Source of the DNA: Perkinsela sp. CCAP 1560/9
Lineage: Eukaryota; Protista; Euglenozoa: Kinetoplastea
DNA: 64,000 nucleotides
Direction of reading: 5' to 3'
Assembly: GCA_965644495.1 (NCBI GenBank)
Contig: CBFFSA010000002.1
Span: 310,001 to 374,000 of the forward strand
The notes under the pieces are model-generated. The model saw only the letters and a list, made by a program, of their open reading frames with translations, had not been told where the DNA came from and searched no databases. Both the position numbers and the translations under genes were made by a program. Below, one piece after another: positions 59,101-64,000 of the stretch (positions are counted from its first letter, which is position 1; every line of letters begins with the position of its first letter).

Positions 59101-59364
59101 TGTAGCAAGACAGTACAAATTTTGTGAAGCGATACCAAGCGTTTAAGCATGTAAGAAAAAAAGTAGAGTTATTAACGTAAAACAGAAAAAGACGTTCCAA
59201 AGTCCCTCTTTGTATGAGTAAAAAATGTACCCCCAAAAGTAGCTGACTGATGAGCATCTCAAACATCTGTGTACATGCTTGTGAGTAGAATCTAACTATT
59301 TAACGAGTTGTTCCATGTAGTCAAAAAACTTTAACTCACCGAAACAATTCCTCAAAATATGCAC

Positions 59365-60237
59365 TCATCGTTCATCATCATTTTCAAGTAATTCAAGAAC
59401 ACAGAAAAGCAAATTGATTTTTTCATCTTCCAGTGGCTTAAATTCGTTGTATTTCTGTACTGCCGCACGCACTGCCTCCGCATTAGAAATTTCAATACCT
59501 GAACACACGGACGTAATTAATTCCGCTTCTCGGGAGCCACGCAGCGTATTATCCTGTGCACTGTAGCACTCCACTTTCTCACCAATTTCCGCCAGCGTCT
59601 CGGCCATATTTTCCTTTGTCAACAACGGAAAATGACACAATAGAGCATGAAAAAAATGCTCCCTTGCGGCCAGACGAAACGTTCCCCCCATCGCCTCCTT
59701 TCCCATCTCCTCCAACACCGCAACCGCAGGTCGATATGCCCCATGCTCGCGATGCAGCGTCGCCAACCGCTGTCGTATCTTCCCCCCCGCACTCCTCCCC
59801 CCACTCTCTGCTGCATAAAACCGCAGTGCTCTCTCATAATGTCGCACCGCCTCTTCGTAGTCATGAGCCTCATGAAACATCCCCGCAAGGTCAGCCTCTA
59901 GTTTTGCCGCCAACACAAACCGGTTGTGGTAAATATGGATCTCGATGGCACAGTTCCACAGCTCGGGGACTCGAGTAGTGGCCCCCGCACGTAGAAAACA
60001 GCCACCCGCCTCGGTGTAATACTGTGCGGTGGTGTAGTTGTCATCCGCCTCTTTGGTACATGCCGCGGCGCGGCGAAACGCCTCCCCGGCCTCCGCCCAC
60101 TGTCCCTCGGATTTGTGGAGGACCGCCGCGCGGTGGAACAGCGTCGCGGCCTGGTCGTATTTGGCGCTGTTGAAATAGGAGAAGAATCCGGTGAGTTTGC
60201 GTTCCGCAGCCTCCGTGTGGTCCCGGGCCGTGCTCAT
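59365..60237 (-). CDS. SEC17: Alpha-SNAP (soluble NSF attachment protein, Sec17)
   Basis: AERKL.GFFS...KYDQAATLF.RAA...W.EAG.AF..AA; TPR-like helices; GSREAEL; 290 aa. Confidence 0.9.
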   Translation of the reverse strand: MSTARDHTEAAERKLTGFFSYFNSAKYDQAATLFHRAAVLHKSEGQWAEAGEAFRRAAACTKEADDNYTTAQYYTEAGGCFLRAGATTRVPELWNCAIEIHIYHNRFVLAAKLEADLAGMFHEAHDYEEAVRHYERALRFYAAESGGRSAGGKIRQRLATLHREHGAYRPAVAVLEEMGKEAMGGTFRLAAREHFFHALLCHFPLLTKENMAETLAEIGEKVECYSAQDNTLRGSREAELITSVCSGIEISNAEAVRAAVQKYNEFKPLEDEKINLLFCVLELLENDDER

Positions 60238-60488
60238 GGGGGAGAAGAGAAAAAGAGGGGAGGCAGGGAGGGAGGGGGGAAAAGTGTAGAAGGAAAGATA
60301 GAGGAGAATCGAAACGAAAAGGTAAGAGAAAAATGGGTAACAAAATACAAAAAAATACGGTTTTTTGATACAGAACAGGAAATGGTAAGTAAAATGGGAA
60401 AAAGAGTGAGCTAGAAGGTTTCTTAGGATGACCTAGGATAGTGCTGAAGATTAGGGCAGCAGAGTTGCAGAAGCAAAGACAGGCGTCT

Positions 60489-61427
60489 TCACCACGTCGT
60501 CCATGTGGGATCCGCTTCATAGTTCTTCACGTACCCATCCATCTTGTTTAAAATTTCCTCGTCCGTGTAGCGTGTGCCAAAAAAATCCACGAACCGTCCC
60601 TGTGGATCGAAAAGGAAGGACGCGATGCTGTGGTCAATGAGATAGTCCCCATCCTTTACCGCATCCGCATCGGGCACAGAGTAGTAAATACGGTACGATT
60701 TACACACGTGGTCTACTTGCTCCGGGGTACCGACCAATCCCACAAAGTCGGGGTGGAAATCTGCAACATATTCCTGAATGCGATCCAAAGAGTCGCGCAA
60801 GGGATCACAGGACACAAACAGGGGTACTATCTGGATCCCCGGATGGCGCTTTCGTATGCCGTCTACGACTTTGGACATGCGGTTTAGCTCAATCGGACAG
60901 ATCTCGGGGCAGTTGACAAACCCGAAATAGAAGAACGTCCAGGATCCTAGGAAGTCTTTCTGGGATCGCGGCTTCCCCGTGGTATCTACGAGGACGAAAG
61001 GCCCCCCGAGACAAGGCTTGCCGTGCGATTTGATATAGACATGCGCTCCTACGTCGGGGTTGGCGTAGCGCTTCGTGGCGTGCTTGTAGCTATAATAAGT
61101 GCCCACAGTGAGAATAAGCGCGGACACGGAGTATTTGATAATGTTCACCAAAGTATCAAGATCCTTTTCACGTTCTATGTCCGCCGAACCGGGTATTTTC
61201 TTTTGAGCATTGGCCCCACTAAAAGACCGACGCGGGGTGGTTAGCACGTTGGGCGGAACTAATAAGTTTTTTGTCGTACTGCGACAGAAAAGTGTTGTGC
61301 TATTGTGTCTTGCTGAATAGTTGAAAAACCGCTCAACGGAGACGGAAGTTACACTGCGCAAATTTATAGCTGGCTGATGGGTAGAGCAGATACGTTGACT
61401 AAGGCACATACGAAAAGGTAGACACAT
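60489..61427 (-). CDS. SCO1: Cytochrome c oxidase copper chaperone SCO1/SenC
   Basis: Presequence-like N-terminus, single TM, LGGPFVLVD, YFGFVNCPEICP (CxxxC), SCDPLRD, YLIDHS. Confidence 0.95.
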   Translation of the reverse strand: MCLPFRMCLSQRICSTHQPAINLRSVTSVSVERFFNYSARHNSTTLFCRSTTKNLLVPPNVLTTPRRSFSGANAQKKIPGSADIEREKDLDTLVNIIKYSVSALILTVGTYYSYKHATKRYANPDVGAHVYIKSHGKPCLGGPFVLVDTTGKPRSQKDFLGSWTFFYFGFVNCPEICPIELNRMSKVVDGIRKRHPGIQIVPLFVSCDPLRDSLDRIQEYVADFHPDFVGLVGTPEQVDHVCKSYRIYYSVPDADAVKDGDYLIDHSIASFLFDPQGRFVDFFGTRYTDEEILNKMDGYVKNYEADPTWTTW

Positions 61428-61681
61428 ACGTTAACACAAAAACAGTTAATTGTTTTCTACGAATCAGTACACGTATAATTCTACAGTTCTAGCTATGGAT
61501 TAGATTCAACGCTTCTAGTAAACATTCGTAAATCTAGCAAACAACATACACATTATCCTCTATCTAGCATCAGATATTCAGCACGACTATAAACTATAAA
61601 CACCTACCCCTGTCGCGGGACTCTCCGCCATCTCAAACCACACCCCTCTTCTCCCTTTCCTTCGCCCTTTCTTACACTCCT

Positions 61682-62752
61682 TTACCTTCCACCCCTTTTT
61701 CCCCCCTGTACCACAAAATCAGCATACGCCGGAATCGACCCACTTGAAGTCGATATTTTACTTCCCACCCCCACAACACTCTTCTCTCTCCCCTCCTCCT
61801 CCCCCCCTTCCCCCCCTCTCCGCGACACCACCCCCACCCCCACCCCGAGACCCACCAGCCCCACCCCGCGGAGCACCGCATCCGGTGTGAGGTTCTCCCA
61901 CAGCACCGTTTTCACGGTGTCCACCCACGGGGGAATCCCCCACCGGCCTTCTCCCCCTTTTCTTACGGTCTTAGGGAAAAGGCCTTCATGGGGTGAAAAG
62001 GGTGTTTGAGGATTTGGATGGTCCTTTTTATTATTTTTAATTAACATATTTTGGCTATTTTTATTCTTTGGGTTATCTTTATGATGATCATAGTCATGGT
62101 GAGCACCGTGATGGGGGTGACGACGCCCTGGGGAGGTGTGGGAGGGGAGAGGGGCCAAGGGCATGGGCTCAGGAGAGGAACTCACCGAGGCGACACCGTG
62201 GGGGTAGGGCAGGAGGGGGAGTGCGCTGTGGTGGGGGGGATCGGTACTCGTGTAGCGTAGTGTGGTGGGGGAGAGGGTGGTGGGGGGGAGGACCACACGG
62301 TGGTGTGATTCCGGTGGGGGAGGGGGAGGTTCCGGGGTGGCGACGGCGAGAGGGGTGGGGACATGGGAAATGCCCCAACCGGAGGGGTCGTTGGGGTGAC
62401 CACGGAGGGGGTTGTCGGAGGCCTCGGAGTGGGGGGTGTCGTGGGGGCAACCTGCGGTGCGTTTGGACTCTTTTTGGAGTTTGTGGAGCTCGGTTTGGAG
62501 TTTGCAGCGTTCCGCGATCATTTTGAGATCTCCAGCTTTCCACGTTTCGAGGTCATTGGCTAGGAAATCACAGTTCGCTTTGATGTTTTCCAGCTGGGAA
62601 ATAATGGACAGGACAGATTCGAGTGAAGCAATTTCATTTTCCGTCGTTTTTTTGTTAGGTTTGGGCTTCGTTTCTGATGATTGTCGAACTTCAACAATAA
62701 CCTTCTCCAAGGACCTCACAATGTCAGACAATTTCTCAGAGGAGTCATCCAT
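61682..62752 (-). CDS. Hypothetical protein: coiled-coil N-terminus, Pro/His-rich middle, Gly/Val-rich C-terminus
   Basis: 356 aa from ATG 62752 on the gene strand; heptad-like N-terminal 100 aa. Confidence 0.65.
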   Translation of the reverse strand: MDDSSEKLSDIVRSLEKVIVEVRQSSETKPKPNKKTTENEIASLESVLSIISQLENIKANCDFLANDLETWKAGDLKMIAERCKLQTELHKLQKESKRTAGCPHDTPHSEASDNPLRGHPNDPSGWGISHVPTPLAVATPEPPPPPPESHHRVVLPPTTLSPTTLRYTSTDPPHHSALPLLPYPHGVASVSSSPEPMPLAPLPSHTSPGRRHPHHGAHHDYDHHKDNPKNKNSQNMLIKNNKKDHPNPQTPFSPHEGLFPKTVRKGGEGRWGIPPWVDTVKTVLWENLTPDAVLRGVGLVGLGVGVGVVSRRGGEGGEEEGREKSVVGVGSKISTSSGSIPAYADFVVQGGKRGGR

Positions 62753-62932
62753 CTGTGAAAAAAATGTTTGTTTATTGAAATTGAAGTGCAGATCCAAATA
62801 GTTTATAGTTAATTAAAAAAGTACGAAACTGTAACCCGTACGAATCTGGGGATATAAAACAACGGATGTGTACACATTAGAATTCTGTACGAGATCCTTT
62901 TGGAAGACCTTTTAGTCTAAAGCTCCTGTGGT

Positions 62933-64000
62933 TCAAAGGTAACTTTTTGCGAGCTCAGCCAGAAGAGCAACGAAAGGGCGCAGAAAAAATCTTTTCATTG
63001 CGCTATACAGGTGTTCGTTTGGTTTCCGTAATGGAGTAACATCATCAATTAGTGAAGCCCGCTTAAAAATATAATTTCTCTCTTCGGAAAAGCATTTTTG
63101 TAGCTCGGAATTGGCTGTCAAAATAAGGATATTCAGCTCCAAGTCCCTTTCTTCTGACCGTTTACCCAAATTGCTGCTTCCGATGGTCATGGCAGGACAT
63201 CTTGAATGCCGCTTTGCTTCAAGATTTCTCGGGTCATGTGAAGAATCGCGCGCATATTTCCTTGCTGCGCATTCCTGTAGTGTAAGCCAGAACCCTTTTC
63301 CGTGATAAGTAGAATCCGCCTTTTCCCAAGTCCAAAGTTTCAAGCGATGTGATTGCCCATAATCCCGTACAATACGATGAAAAGAGCGAGCGAGGTAAGC
63401 ATACATACGAGGAACAAAACGAGTAATCCCAGTGCCCCCGTGAAAAGAATTGCATTCCAGGGCGGAAGTAATAATATGCACCTCATTCCTCGCTTCTTGA
63501 AGAGTTGTGCGTAAAACTTCGTTTGTAAAATTAAAATAGGCGCTAGATATGACAGCATGACTGCTAGGTATAGTCCGTGCATGCTGCAATAAACGTACAG
63601 TAACAATGCTGTCGTAGAAAAGACCGACGGTTCCAAGTTGAAGATACGGAAAAATCACAGTATCTGTTACTGTTGACGTCACAGGAGCTGGTCTGCAAAA
63701 GGGACTAAGGACATCATATAGAGAGATGTTTGTATTCACTAAATTCGCCACTTTAATGAGAGAGTCAGATGTACATGTACTTCCAATACTACCTGTAGCA
63801 TCCATGCATCCGTTCATTTGCGAATGCGCGTAGTTCCATAGTGCTTCGGCAAGTTTGAGGCACCAATCGCAGAGATCCGGCTCGTCACGAATTTTCATGT
63901 ACCGATCCGTACGTGACGTGAAGTAGTGCTCAGAGAGATTGGCACCTGACCATAGAACTGTGTTATCAGAAACGTACATTTTAATGTGAAAAACACCCGC
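62933..64000 (-). CDS. PGS1: Phosphatidylglycerophosphate synthase (PLD family), 5'-partial
   Basis: AGVFHIKMYVSDNTVLWSGANLSEHYFTSRTDRY, TYHGKGFW, IGSSNLGKRSEERDLE; frame open to the right edge. Confidence 0.92.
   Translation of the reverse strand, partial: AGVFHIKMYVSDNTVLWSGANLSEHYFTSRTDRYMKIRDEPDLCDWCLKLAEALWNYAHSQMNGCMDATGSIGSTCTSDSLIKVANLVNTNISLYDVLSPFCRPAPVTSTVTDTVIFPYLQLGTVGLFYDSIVTVRLLQHARTIPSSHAVISSAYFNFTNEVLRTTLQEARNEVHIITSALECNSFHGGTGITRFVPRMYAYLARSFHRIVRDYGQSHRLKLWTWEKADSTYHGKGFWLTLQECAARKYARDSSHDPRNLEAKRHSRCPAMTIGSSNLGKRSEERDLELNILILTANSELQKCFSEERNYIFKRASLIDDVTPLRKPNEHLYSAMKRFFLRPFVALLAELAKSYL

Overview
Intron-free eukaryotic nuclear DNA in which every host gene lies on the minus strand, consistent with one polycistronic unit. 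The histone sequences (H4 [12 protein letters not shown]2A MATPK...LIFPVGR, H3 ARTKE) and a short GlnRS suggest a kinetoplastid, probably an early-branching Perkinsela/Prokinetoplastina-like one; this is inference. About 41 kb (9790-50672) is a head-to-tail array of about 14.75 units of ~2.77 kb. Each unit carries all four core histones in the same orientation (H2A>H2B>H3>H4), giving 59 genes with no H1 or variant histone. Left flank: a partial hypothetical ORF, GlnRS, MSH3 interrupted by one in-frame TAG, a dead pogo-like transposase, MITE-like repeats and a 25-bp minisatellite. Right flank: CCT-alpha, a candidate KGD4/MRPS36, VPS16, a decayed Tc1 element with a nested MITE, two hypothetical proteins, alpha-SNAP, SCO1 and a partial PGS1. 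Main points of interest: the four-histone tandem array, a stem-loop with a 13-nt pyrimidine loop in three of the four histone 3' regions, array ends that coincide with RNA-processing signals, a Tc1 insertion paired with a matching TACAGTA excision footprint 54 kb away, and the MSH3 internal stop.
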